64,000 nucleotides of DNA, taken from assembly GCA_015999985.1 (NCBI GenBank), contig JAECRA010000003.1:45474-109473 (forward strand), given 5' to 3'. The position numbers were made by a program, and so were the translations under genes. This DNA is from Comamonadaceae bacterium. Lineage in GTDB: Bacteria > Pseudomonadota > Gammaproteobacteria > Burkholderiales > Burkholderiaceae_C. This document shows, one piece after another, positions 1-8,660 of the stretch. Each line of letters begins with the position of its first letter. The stretch's first letter is position 1. The notes beneath the pieces are model-generated. The model searched no databases. It worked only from the letters and a program-made list of their open reading frames with translations, and was not told the origin of the DNA.

Positions 1-593
1 GTAGTCACTGATATGAGGTCATGCCCCACCAGCGAACGCCAAGTGATGCTGGATCGGCCAGCCAAGGGATGATCCAGTGGCAAAAGTGCGACCAGGTGGT
101 CACGCAGCAGGGGTTCGAACTGCAAAGCATCGTCTGCTTGAAGCACAAGCCCCAAACCAAGTTCGGAGCGGCCTCCGCGAACCATCTCTGCGAAGTTCAT
201 GGCTTGTTCCTCTCGCAGCTCCAGCCTGATGCCGGCATGCAGGCCATGAAACCGCTGCAAGATGGCAGGCAGGAGGCCACACGCCACGGAGGGCACCACG
301 GCCAGGCGCAAGGTGCCCATGCGCAACTCTCTCGCGTCTTCGGCCACACGGCATGTTTCATCCATGGCCTGCAGGGTACGCCGAGCATAGGCCAGCAGAT
401 CCAGGCCGGCCTGGGTGGGCTCCACATGCCTGGTGGTGCGCTGGAACAGCCTCAGGCCCAATTCACTCTCCAGCTGCCTGATCAACAGCGAATAGCCCGG
501 CTGGGTCATGCCCATGCGCGCCGCTGCGGCCGAAAAGGACGTGCATTCAATACCCAGCACAAAAGCACGCAGCTGGCGCAACGAGACATTCAT
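1..593 (-). CDS. LysR-family transcriptional regulator (3' end runs off the window)
   Basis: Not in the ORF track. Manual translation from ATG at 593 gives MNVSLRQLRAFVLGIECTSFSAAAARMGMTQPGYSLLIRQLESELGLRLFQRTTRHVEPTQAG, a LysR HTH. It is divergent from the rhodanese operon. Confidence 0.92.
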   Translation of the reverse strand, partial: MNVSLRQLRAFVLGIECTSFSAAAARMGMTQPGYSLLIRQLESELGLRLFQRTTRHVEPTQAGLDLLAYARRTLQAMDETCRVAEDARELRMGTLRLAVVPSVACGLLPAILQRFHGLHAGIRLELREEQAMNFAEMVRGGRSELGLGLVLQADDALQFEPLLRDHLVALLPLDHPLAGRSSITWRSLVGHDLISVT

Positions 594-690
594 ACTTTTT
601 TGAAATTAAATATTAATATTTTTAAATTTTACTTATTTAATGCTCAGCGCCAAAATCAAGCTTGAACTCACTTCATTCCGGTTGTCCGCT
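594..690. promoter_or_regulatory. AT-rich divergent promoter region with a 14-bp palindrome
   Basis: Very AT-rich gap between LysR and the operon. Perfect palindrome AAATATTAATATTT at 608-621. Confidence 0.5.
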
Positions 691-2361
691 ATGTCTGCAT
701 CTACCGTCAACGCTCCAGCGCGCCCCGCATCCACCTCCTCCACCTGGCCCAAAGTCGATGCCCGACAAGTGCAGGCCATGCTCTCTGACGGGCAGGAACT
801 GGCCTTTCTGGACGTGCGTGAAGAAGGCGCATTTCACGATGCTCATCCGCTGCTGATTGTGTCCGCGCCGCTCAGCCACCTGGAGACTCGTCTGGCCGAT
901 CTGGTGCCGCGTCGCGACGCCCGCGTCGTGCTTCTCGACGCTGAAGGGGAAGGCCTGTCAGAGCGTGCTGCCGAGCGCATGGCGCGGTGGGGCTATACCC
1001 AGGTCTCCATCTTGAAGGGCGGGCTCCAAGGCTGGCGGGACGCTGGCTTGCAGGTATTTTCTGGCATCTACGTCCCGAGCAAGGCCTTTGGCGAATTCGT
1101 TGAACATAGCTATGGCACACCGTCGATCGATGCCCAGGAGCTTAAAACCTGGATCAGCGAAGGTCGCGACATGGTGATTCTGGATAGTCGACCCTATAGT
1201 GAATTCCACAACTACAGCCTGCCCGGCGGCATTAACTGCCCAGGCGCAGAACTGGTTCACCGCGTATTCGATCTGGTGGAGCGTGAAACCACGACTGTGG
1301 TGGTGAATTGCGCCGGGCGCACCAGAGGGATCATTGGTGCGCAGTCGCTGATCAACGCAGGTCTGCGCAACCCGGTGGTATGCGTTCGCAATGGCACGCA
1401 GGGCTGGCACCTGAGCGGCGAAACCATGGCCAGGGGCAGCCGCGCCGTGGCGCCGCCACCCACGCCTGAGGGCCTGCGCTTGGCCATGGAGGCTTCCGAG
1501 CGCGTGGCGCGCCGCTTTGGCGTCAAGGAAATCACTGTGGCCCAACTGCGCGAGCTGCAGCAGCAAGCCACCAAGCGCTCGCTTTACATGTTTGATGTGC
1601 GCACCCCTGAAGAGTACGAAGCCGGCCATATTCCAGGAGCGCGCAGCGCTCCTGGAGGGCAGATGGTGCAATCTACCGACCATTACGTAGGCACGCGGGG
1701 TTCGCGCATCGTGCTGTGCGACGACAACGGAGTGCGCGCCCGCATGACGGCCTCCTGGTTGATTCAGCTGGGCTGGAAAGAGGTCTTCGTATTGCAAGGG
1801 GGGTTAAGTGCGTGCGGTCTGGCACTGGAAAAAGGCCCTGAAGTACCCACCCATCTGCCCGTTGAGGCAGCAGCGCAGGTGCAGCAACTGGGCGTGCTGG
1901 AAGTCCAGAAGAAAATGCAATCAGGCGAGGCCGTGGTCGTGGATCTGTCAAGCAGCCTGCGCTTTCGCGATGGACACATCCCTGGCGCATGGTTTGCCGT
2001 GCGGTCTCGACTGGCCAGCGCGATCCCGCAGTTGCCAGCGCACAAGCTCCTGGTCCTGACCTCCGTGGACGGCAAGTTTGCTGAGATTGCGGCAGCCGAT
2101 GCACAGGCTGTGTCGTCCGCACCCGTCGCTGTGCTGCAAGGCGGCAACGCGGCGTGGACGGCCGCGGGATTGGCGCTTGAGCCCGGCCTGACTCACATGA
2201 CAACCACCACCGACGACGTCTGGTACAGCCCTTACGACCATGTGGATATGGTGAAAGCCATGAACGCGTACCTCAGTTGGGAAATCGGCCTGGTCGAACA
2301 AATGGAGAAGGAAACCGGCGCCCTGTTCGAGTACTTCGAGTCAGACCCGGTATCGCAGTGA
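691..2361 (+). CDS. Multi-domain (four-repeat) rhodanese-related sulfurtransferase
   Basis: Four rhodanese repeats (LDVRE, LDSRP..LPG, FDVRT..GHIPGA, VDLS..GHIPGA, each followed by an L.GG-type motif). Catalytic-type loop VNCAGRTR in repeat 2. ATG 691 preferred over 640. Confidence 0.9.
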   Translation: MSASTVNAPARPASTSSTWPKVDARQVQAMLSDGQELAFLDVREEGAFHDAHPLLIVSAPLSHLETRLADLVPRRDARVVLLDAEGEGLSERAAERMARWGYTQVSILKGGLQGWRDAGLQVFSGIYVPSKAFGEFVEHSYGTPSIDAQELKTWISEGRDMVILDSRPYSEFHNYSLPGGINCPGAELVHRVFDLVERETTTVVVNCAGRTRGIIGAQSLINAGLRNPVVCVRNGTQGWHLSGETMARGSRAVAPPPTPEGLRLAMEASERVARRFGVKEITVAQLRELQQQATKRSLYMFDVRTPEEYEAGHIPGARSAPGGQMVQSTDHYVGTRGSRIVLCDDNGVRARMTASWLIQLGWKEVFVLQGGLSACGLALEKGPEVPTHLPVEAAAQVQQLGVLEVQKKMQSGEAVVVDLSSSLRFRDGHIPGAWFAVRSRLASAIPQLPAHKLLVLTSVDGKFAEIAAADAQAVSSAPVAVLQGGNAAWTAAGLALEPGLTHMTTTTDDVWYSPYDHVDMVKAMNAYLSWEIGLVEQMEKETGALFEYFESDPVSQ

Positions 2362-2420
2362 CTTGAAACGCACGTACAGCGCGGACGGCGATTTACGCAC
2401 ATAAACCAAAAGAAAGAGAC

Positions 2421-3407
2421 ATGGAACACTCCCTATTTCGCCCCAACCGGCGCCACGCGATACAAGCCTTGGGGGCACTGATCAGCGGCCAGGCCATTGC
2501 CCAGCCTGCGGCACAGCGCGCAGGCGCTATCAAGCTGATGGTGGGCTACGCCGCCGGTGGCGGCGCAGATGTGCTGGCGCGTTTGCTGACGCAGCACCTG
2601 AGCCAGGCACTAGATCAACCCGTGGTGGTGGACAACCGTCCGGGCGCAGGCGGCACTTTGGCAGCCAGCGCTTTGGTCAACGCGCCTGCCGACGGCTCCG
2701 TGCTGTACATGGCGGAGTCCGCTGTTCTGGCCGCTCCGGCGATCTACGACAAGATCAACTACGACCCAACGACTTTAACTGCGGTCGGTGCGCTCGCCCA
2801 AATCCCATTTACAGTGGTGGTGCATCCGGATTTTCCGGCTCGCAACGTCGCAGAACTCATCAGCGTGCTCAAGGCCAGTCCAGGCAAGTATGCATATGCC
2901 TCACCCGGTGTGGGCAATATTGCCCACCTCAGCGCGGAAATGTTCAAGCGTGCGGCCAATGTGGACATGCTGCATGTGCCCTACAAAGGAGGAGCGCCCG
3001 CGCTGGCTGACCTGATCGCCGGCCAGATTCCAATCTGCTTCGTCAGCATGCCACCGGTGCTGCCCCTGGCCAAAGCCCAAAAACTGCGCGTACTGGGTGT
3101 GACCACCACCACACGCTCTGAAATCGCGAAAGACGTGCCGACGATCGCAGAAACACTGCCCGGGTTCAATGCGGCCGCCAACAGCTTCATTCTGGCGCCA
3201 CCAAAAACTTCCCCTGAAATTGTGACGCGGCTGAACACGGCGTTTCGCACCGTGATGGCCTTGCCTGAGGTGCAACGGGAATACGCCGCCCAAGGCGTCA
3301 CCGTGCGCACCGGAACGCCGCAGGAACTGGCGGCGCAGATCCGCAGCGAGCTAAAAACCTGGGACACAGTGGCGCGGGGCGCTGGCATACGCGCCAGCCT
3401 GTCTTGA
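2421..3407 (+). CDS. Bug/TctC tripartite tricarboxylate transporter substrate-binding protein
   Basis: Motifs VGYAAGGGAD, VVVDNRPGAGG, HVPYKGGAPA, DVPTIAE; N-terminal signal peptide. Confidence 0.93.
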   Translation: MEHSLFRPNRRHAIQALGALISGQAIAQPAAQRAGAIKLMVGYAAGGGADVLARLLTQHLSQALDQPVVVDNRPGAGGTLAASALVNAPADGSVLYMAESAVLAAPAIYDKINYDPTTLTAVGALAQIPFTVVVHPDFPARNVAELISVLKASPGKYAYASPGVGNIAHLSAEMFKRAANVDMLHVPYKGGAPALADLIAGQIPICFVSMPPVLPLAKAQKLRVLGVTTTTRSEIAKDVPTIAETLPGFNAAANSFILAPPKTSPEIVTRLNTAFRTVMALPEVQREYAAQGVTVRTGTPQELAAQIRSELKTWDTVARGAGIRASLS

Positions 3408-3444
3408 AGCCAAAGCGTGTCCAATCATTTTTCGAGATTCGCTC

Positions 3445-4068
3445 ATGAGCATTGATCCTTCACGCAGGTTGATTGAAGCCCGTGCGGCGCTGGTGGACGA
3501 CACCATGGCCCGCATTCGTTCGCTGGCTAACAGCCGTCCGCTGACTCGCCCCTTGCTGGCCGAAGTTGCAGCGCTGCTGCAGACCCTGGCAGATCAGCCA
3601 CAGTATTTCACTGCCGAAGATTTTCCCGTGGCCGAGTCCGGCGGAAAAGGTATAGCAAGGTATCTGCTGGCATCGCAACCAGACGACACTTTTGCCCTTT
3701 ATCTGAACTCCATCAATCCGGGCATGAGCTCACCCCCGCACGATCACACCACCTGGGCCGTGATCGTTGCACTAGAAGGGCAGGAACTCAACCGCCTCTA
3801 CGACCGGGTGGACGGCGCCAGTGAGCCCGAGCGGGCGGAACTGGTCAAGCGCGGGGAGTTTCTGGTGGAGCGCGGGAGCTCCATCCAGTTTCTGCCTGAC
3901 GACATCCACAGCATTCATATCCAGGGTGATCAGCCTACCCGCCACTTCCATCTATATGGGCGGGCGCTGGAGGTACTGGACGATAGGGTGGGCTACAACC
4001 TTGAGACTGGAGCGGTGGTCAAGTACAACCGCAACTTCCTGGACACACCCCTCTTCATGCCCCGATGA
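3445..4068 (+). CDS. Cysteine dioxygenase-family (cupin) thiol dioxygenase
   Basis: PPHDHTTWAV...GQE.N and DDIHSI supply a 3-His iron site; HLYG motif. Confidence 0.85.
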   Translation: MSIDPSRRLIEARAALVDDTMARIRSLANSRPLTRPLLAEVAALLQTLADQPQYFTAEDFPVAESGGKGIARYLLASQPDDTFALYLNSINPGMSSPPHDHTTWAVIVALEGQELNRLYDRVDGASEPERAELVKRGEFLVERGSSIQFLPDDIHSIHIQGDQPTRHFHLYGRALEVLDDRVGYNLETGAVVKYNRNFLDTPLFMPR

Positions 4069-5315
4069 CCGCCGCGCAAGCACCTGGGAGCGGTCTGCTG
4101 GAGCGGCTGCCCACCTACCCCATTCAAAGGCTCACAGCCTTGATGGTGGACGTTCTACCCGCGCCAGGCCTGGCGCCCATTCTCTTTTCGGTCGGCGAGC
4201 CACGCCATGCCCCTCCCGCCGCGGTGGCTGAGGCCATGGGGCAATGCGCGCCCAGCAGCCTGGGGGCCTATCCCAGCGTGGTGGGCTCAGCGGCCTTGCG
4301 CGAGGCCATTTCTGCCTGGCTGGACCGCCGCTTTGCGCCCGCCAAGGTAGACCCGGCGTGCGAAGTCCAGGTGGTCAATGGCACGCGTGAGGGCTTGTTT
4401 TCACTCACGCGCACGGTGCTCGATTCATCGGGGCCAAACGCCTATGTGGTCTATCCCAATCCAGGCTACGCGGTCTACGAAGGTGCCACCGTGCTGAATG
4501 GGGTGAAGTCCTGGGTGTATGACTCCACCACGGCGTCACGACACGGCGAAATTTTTCTGTCTGTACCTGATCATGTGTGGGCGCGCACCGCACTGCTGTT
4601 TGTCTGCTCGCCCGACAACCCGATGGGCGGCGTGCAACAGCTGCAAGCCTGGCGCACCGTATTCGACTTGTCGGACAGGCACGGTTTTACCGTCGTGGTG
4701 GACGAGTGCTATTCAGAAATTTACACCGGAGAGGAGCCCCCGATCGGGGCGCTGCAGGCCGCAGCCATGCTGGGCCGAAACTTCGACCGTCTGGTGGTGC
4801 TCTCCAGTCTGTCCAAACGCTCCAACGTGCCTGGGCTGCGCTCCGGATTCATGGCCGGAGACCGCGCCATCCTGGCCAAAGCTGCGCGCCTTCGTGCCTA
4901 CAACGGGGGTGGTATGAACCAGGTGGTCGACACCGCCAGCGTGGCCGCCTGGAACGACGAAGCGCACGTCGATGCCAGCCGCGAGAAATATCGGGAAAAA
5001 TACCAGCATGTCATTCCGCTCATGCAGCGCGCACTCGACATTCCCACGCCGGATGCCGGCTTTTTTCTTTGGGCTGATGTAACCCGTACCGGGCTCAGCG
5101 ACGAGGAATTCACCCGGCAACTGTATGCGCAGCAGTCCGTGCTGGTCATGCCCGGCTCCTATCTCAGTTCCGCCTTCGCTCCCGAACCCATTCGCCAACG
5201 TATCAGGATTGCTTTGGTCGCCACCCTGGAAGAATGCAGGGAAGGCGCACGCCGCCTGCAGGCATTCGTGGAAAGCCTGGAACAGACCCAACCATTGAAC
5301 GGAACGACGGCATGA
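4065..5315 (+). CDS. PLP-dependent class I/II aminotransferase, succinyldiaminopimelate transaminase (DapC)-like
   Basis: GEP.H, NGTREGLF, CSPDNP.G, DECYSE, SLSKRSNVPGLRSGF (PLP Lys). ATGA overlap with the upstream gene. Confidence 0.85.
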   Translation: MTAAQAPGSGLLERLPTYPIQRLTALMVDVLPAPGLAPILFSVGEPRHAPPAAVAEAMGQCAPSSLGAYPSVVGSAALREAISAWLDRRFAPAKVDPACEVQVVNGTREGLFSLTRTVLDSSGPNAYVVYPNPGYAVYEGATVLNGVKSWVYDSTTASRHGEIFLSVPDHVWARTALLFVCSPDNPMGGVQQLQAWRTVFDLSDRHGFTVVVDECYSEIYTGEEPPIGALQAAAMLGRNFDRLVVLSSLSKRSNVPGLRSGFMAGDRAILAKAARLRAYNGGGMNQVVDTASVAAWNDEAHVDASREKYREKYQHVIPLMQRALDIPTPDAGFFLWADVTRTGLSDEEFTRQLYAQQSVLVMPGSYLSSAFAPEPIRQRIRIALVATLEECREGARRLQAFVESLEQTQPLNGTTA

Positions 5316-6550
5316 CCGATTCTCGACCCTTGCACCCTCACACCCGACTGCTGCATGCCGGACAACCCGGCTTCAACGACTCTGGCAATGCGCCGGTAAA
5401 CGCGCCTATCGTACGCACCAGCACGGTCCGCTTTGCCACGGTAGCGCAGATGGAGGCGCTCAAGGTACGCCGCCAGGCGGGTGAACAGGTTTCTCTCTAT
5501 GGCCGGCACGGCACCGAGACGCACCGTGCCCTGGAGGCCGCCCTGTGCACTCTGGAAGGAGCCAACCATGCATGGCTTGCGCCCTCTGGTGTGGCGGCCA
5601 TCACCTTGGGACTGCTGTCGCTGGTAGGCCCTGGCGATCATGTGCTCATTACGGACAGCGTATACGACCCTGTGCCCCACCGTATTGTCAGTACCTTGTT
5701 CAAGCGTTTCGGTATTGAAGCAAGCTACTTCGACCCTCTGACCCAACCCATTGAAGAGCACCTGCGCCCCAACACACGGGTGGTCTATGCGGAGAGCCCA
5801 GGCTCCATTCTTTTCGAGGTACTGGATATCCCTGCCATCGCCCGCGCTACCCATGCGCATGGCGCGTTGCTGATGGTAGACAACACTTGGGCGGCCGGTT
5901 ATCTGCAAGCGCCCATGGAGCTAGGCGCAGATCTGGTGGCCTGCGCGCTGACCAAGTACCAGGGTGGCCATTCGGACTTGATGCAAGGCGCGCTCCTGGC
6001 GCGTGATGACGCACTGGCGCGGCGAATTCTGGCCACCTACGAAGCGCTGGGTTATGCCGTCTCGGCAGACGACGCCTCCTTGGTGCTCAGAGGGCTGCGC
6101 ACATTGCCCGTGCGCATGGCGCAGCATGGCCGCCATGTTCTAGAAGTAGCGAACTGGCTGCTTGCACAACCCGAAGTCGAACACGTCTATTGCCCTGGCC
6201 TGCCATCCGATCCCGGACATGCCTTATGGAAGCGTGATTTCAGCGGCCACAACGGCTTGCTGTCTGTGCAGTTCAAGGACTTCACGGGGCAGCAGCTCAA
6301 CGCCTTTACAGACGCATTGCAGCTGCACGCCATTGGCGCTTCGTGGGGTGGTTACGAAAGCCTGGCCTTGCCCGTGACCAGCGCCGCATTGGCCCAGCAC
6401 CAAGGGTGGCAGCGCGCCCAGAAGCAACGCGAACAAGCAGGCTTGCAGCCGAGTGCAGGGGTGGTGCGCCTGCATGTCGGGCTGGAAGATGTGGGTGATC
6501 TGACTACAGACCTGCAGCAGGGCATCCAGCACGCGTGCAGCGTGCGTTAG
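5312..6550 (+). CDS. metC: Cystathionine beta-lyase-family PLP C-S lyase
   Basis: YGRHGTETH, PSGVAAI, ESPGS..FEV.D, DNTWA, ALTKYQGGHSD, GASWGGYESL, RLHVGLED. ATG at 5312 overlaps the upstream TGA. Confidence 0.85.
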   Translation: MTDSRPLHPHTRLLHAGQPGFNDSGNAPVNAPIVRTSTVRFATVAQMEALKVRRQAGEQVSLYGRHGTETHRALEAALCTLEGANHAWLAPSGVAAITLGLLSLVGPGDHVLITDSVYDPVPHRIVSTLFKRFGIEASYFDPLTQPIEEHLRPNTRVVYAESPGSILFEVLDIPAIARATHAHGALLMVDNTWAAGYLQAPMELGADLVACALTKYQGGHSDLMQGALLARDDALARRILATYEALGYAVSADDASLVLRGLRTLPVRMAQHGRHVLEVANWLLAQPEVEHVYCPGLPSDPGHALWKRDFSGHNGLLSVQFKDFTGQQLNAFTDALQLHAIGASWGGYESLALPVTSAALAQHQGWQRAQKQREQAGLQPSAGVVRLHVGLEDVGDLTTDLQQGIQHACSVR

Positions 6551-6571
6551 TGCTGCGTTAGTGCAAAGAAG

Positions 6572-6600
6572 CGGAGAAACCGGCATCGCTGATTTCTCCG
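6572..6600 (+). terminator. Intergenic stem-loop (terminator or mRNA stabiliser)
   Basis: CGGAGAAA-loop-TTTCTCCG followed by TTTC. Confidence 0.35.
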
Positions 6601-6638
6601 TTTCGTCGGCGTAGGTTTATAAAAAGGAGACAACCGAA

Positions 6639-7616
6639 ATGCGACTGCCCAACCTCTTGCGTGGCCTGCTGGCCACCGCCGCTCTAGCTTGTGGAGCCGT
6701 CGCGGCCCATGCGGCCTGGCCCGAGCGTCCGGTCAAACTGGTGGTGCCCTTTCCCGCCGGTGGCAACGTGGATGCCTACGCACGCTTGCTGGCCCCCGCG
6801 CTGTCGGCCGAACTGGGGCAGCCCGTCGTCATTGACAACAAGGCGGGCGCTACCGGCGCCATCGGCGTAGAAGCCGTCATCCGAGCGGAGCCAGATGGCT
6901 ACACGGTGCTCATGGGCAACATCACCTCCGTCGTCAGCAACGCCATAGGCGACGCCCCTAAATTCTCGCCGCTCAAGCAGTTGGTGCCGGTGTGCACTCT
7001 GATAGACGCCGACGTGGTGGTTTTCGCACCCTCGCGCCTGGGAGTACGCAATCCAGCGGAACTCAAGGCACTGGCGCAAAAATCGAGCACGCCTCTGACC
7101 TATGGCTCCTCCGGCGCTGGCTCTATTGCCCACATGGTGATGGTGCAGCTCACAGATGCACTGGGCATCAAAGCCACTCATGTACCGTACAAGGGCAACG
7201 GCCAATTCATGACTGATTTGCTCGCCGGCCATATTCAGTTGGGCGCAGCCGATTTGCCCAATTCAGCCCAGCACGTCAAAGCCGGGACATTGGTCCCTCT
7301 GGCAGTAGGGGGTGCCAATCGTTTCACTGAGCTACCAGACGTACCCACCACCCGTGAACTGGGAATTACCAGGCCCAGCTTCACCGCATGGAGCGGCCTG
7401 CTTCTGCCAGCCAACACCCCGCAGGCCATTGTGAGCCGCCTGGAAGCTGCTGCTCAAAAGGCATCGCAAGACCCGAAAGTGCGTGAGTTCAGCTCCACCA
7501 ATGGCAACCACGCGGTGTTTCGCAATGCTGCTCAGACGCGGCAGGTGATTGAAGAAGGGGTACGGGACTGGGGGGAGTTTGTGCGGACTACGCCAGCGAT
7601 GCAGAGTAGTCGGTGA
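6639..7616 (+). CDS. Bug/TctC substrate-binding protein
   Basis: WPERPVKLVVPFPAGGNVD, VIDNKAGATG, HVPYKG; RBS AGGAGA; signal peptide. Confidence 0.93.
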   Translation: MRLPNLLRGLLATAALACGAVAAHAAWPERPVKLVVPFPAGGNVDAYARLLAPALSAELGQPVVIDNKAGATGAIGVEAVIRAEPDGYTVLMGNITSVVSNAIGDAPKFSPLKQLVPVCTLIDADVVVFAPSRLGVRNPAELKALAQKSSTPLTYGSSGAGSIAHMVMVQLTDALGIKATHVPYKGNGQFMTDLLAGHIQLGAADLPNSAQHVKAGTLVPLAVGGANRFTELPDVPTTRELGITRPSFTAWSGLLLPANTPQAIVSRLEAAAQKASQDPKVREFSSTNGNHAVFRNAAQTRQVIEEGVRDWGEFVRTTPAMQSSR

Positions 7617-7645
7617 GTAAAACTACTCGTTTGCGACTGACACGT

Positions 7646-7955
7646 GTAGGGCCGAGCGCAGCAATGGCCCGAGTGGGTATCCAACCCCTTTGGCCGTGCC
7701 GAGGAGCGCAGGGACAGGGGCGGGCAAGAGCACTGCAAGATGCTCTTGCTTCGTGAACTAGCTTGCGGCAGCTGTTTGAGCGTATTGAGCGAAGCGAAAG
7801 CAGCGAGTTCTGCCGCACCGCCCCTGGACCGAGCACCGGAGGTTGCCCGTAGCGAAGCGCAGGGACACGGACTTGGGGCCGCCTTTCTTTTGCCTACTTT
7901 TCTTTGGCGGAGCAAAGAAGAAGTAGGTGCGCTGCCGGGCGCACATCCCGGCCTC
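7646..7955. repeat. Highly structured non-coding REP/MITE-like element
   Basis: Nested inverted repeats: 7715-7723/7818-7826, 7724-7749, 7764-7771/7810-7817, 7893-7927, 7934-7952. Recurring GAGCGCAG and AGCGAAGCG motifs. Lies between convergent genes. Confidence 0.6.
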
Positions 7956-8016
7956 CGACCGCAAGAGAAGAGCAGAAGATATTAGCAACCGCGGCGCTTC
8001 AAACAACCGCCGCCTG

Positions 8017-8048
8017 CCCTCACCCTACCCTCTCCCAAAGGGAGAGGG
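8017..8048. repeat. CCCTCACCC..CCCTCTCCC-loop-GGGAGAGGG palindromic repeat unit
   Basis: Perfect 9-bp stem 8028-8036/8040-8048 preceded by CCCTCACCCTA. I recognise this type as a dispersed proteobacterial repeat. Confidence 0.6.
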
Positions 8049-8080
8049 GAAAAAATCCAGACTCGCTCCCAAGAACGCAT

Positions 8081-8626
8081 TCACTTCGACGAAGCGCTTC
8101 GTCCCAAAAACCCATAAAGCGGATCCACCGGATACTGCCCCCCCACAGGCTGCCGAACCCCAAACGCCTCAGCCGTCAACACCTGGGTAGTAATCACATG
8201 CCGCATCCGGTCATACACCACAGTGCGCGCCAAAATCCGCCACTCATCCCCCCGGCGCTCAAACCGGTCCAGATAGCGGCCACTCAGCAAGGCCTCCACC
8301 GGCCGCCCCTCTGCATCCGTCTCCTCCTGAATGGCATCGAAGTAAGACTCCACCAGCGCCTGATCACCTTGCAACTCAATCAAGGGATTGGAGATGCGAT
8401 GAACGATGCGCGCGTCGCTGGTCTTGAGCTTGCCAAGTGCCCAGTCAATGAAACCCGCCGCACTGCCTTGATAAGGCCCATGCCGATCTGTCGCATCAGG
8501 CCAGTAGGCCGAGCGCAAGGCCTCTTCGTCACGACGGTCTATGCCGCGGCAATAGCGGTACAGGCATTCACGAATGGCTTCACGGTCCAGCAGCGCCTGC
8601 ACGGCGATGTTGTTGTTCAGAATCAT
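8081..8626 (-). CDS. SnoaL-like / NTF2-family protein
   Basis: LLDREAIRECLYRYCRGIDRRD..AYWPDA..HG, H.ISN..I, GRYLDRFERR..EWRI..R. Confidence 0.88.
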   Translation of the reverse strand: MILNNNIAVQALLDREAIRECLYRYCRGIDRRDEEALRSAYWPDATDRHGPYQGSAAGFIDWALGKLKTSDARIVHRISNPLIELQGDQALVESYFDAIQEETDAEGRPVEALLSGRYLDRFERRGDEWRILARTVVYDRMRHVITTQVLTAEAFGVRQPVGGQYPVDPLYGFLGRSASSK

Positions 8627-8660
8627 GTCAACTTTCCTCGCGTGATGCGATGGGGGTTTT

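Noticed and set aside
21-665. 214-aa + strand ORF
   Set aside because: Antisense shadow of the minus-strand LysR; no recognisable motifs.
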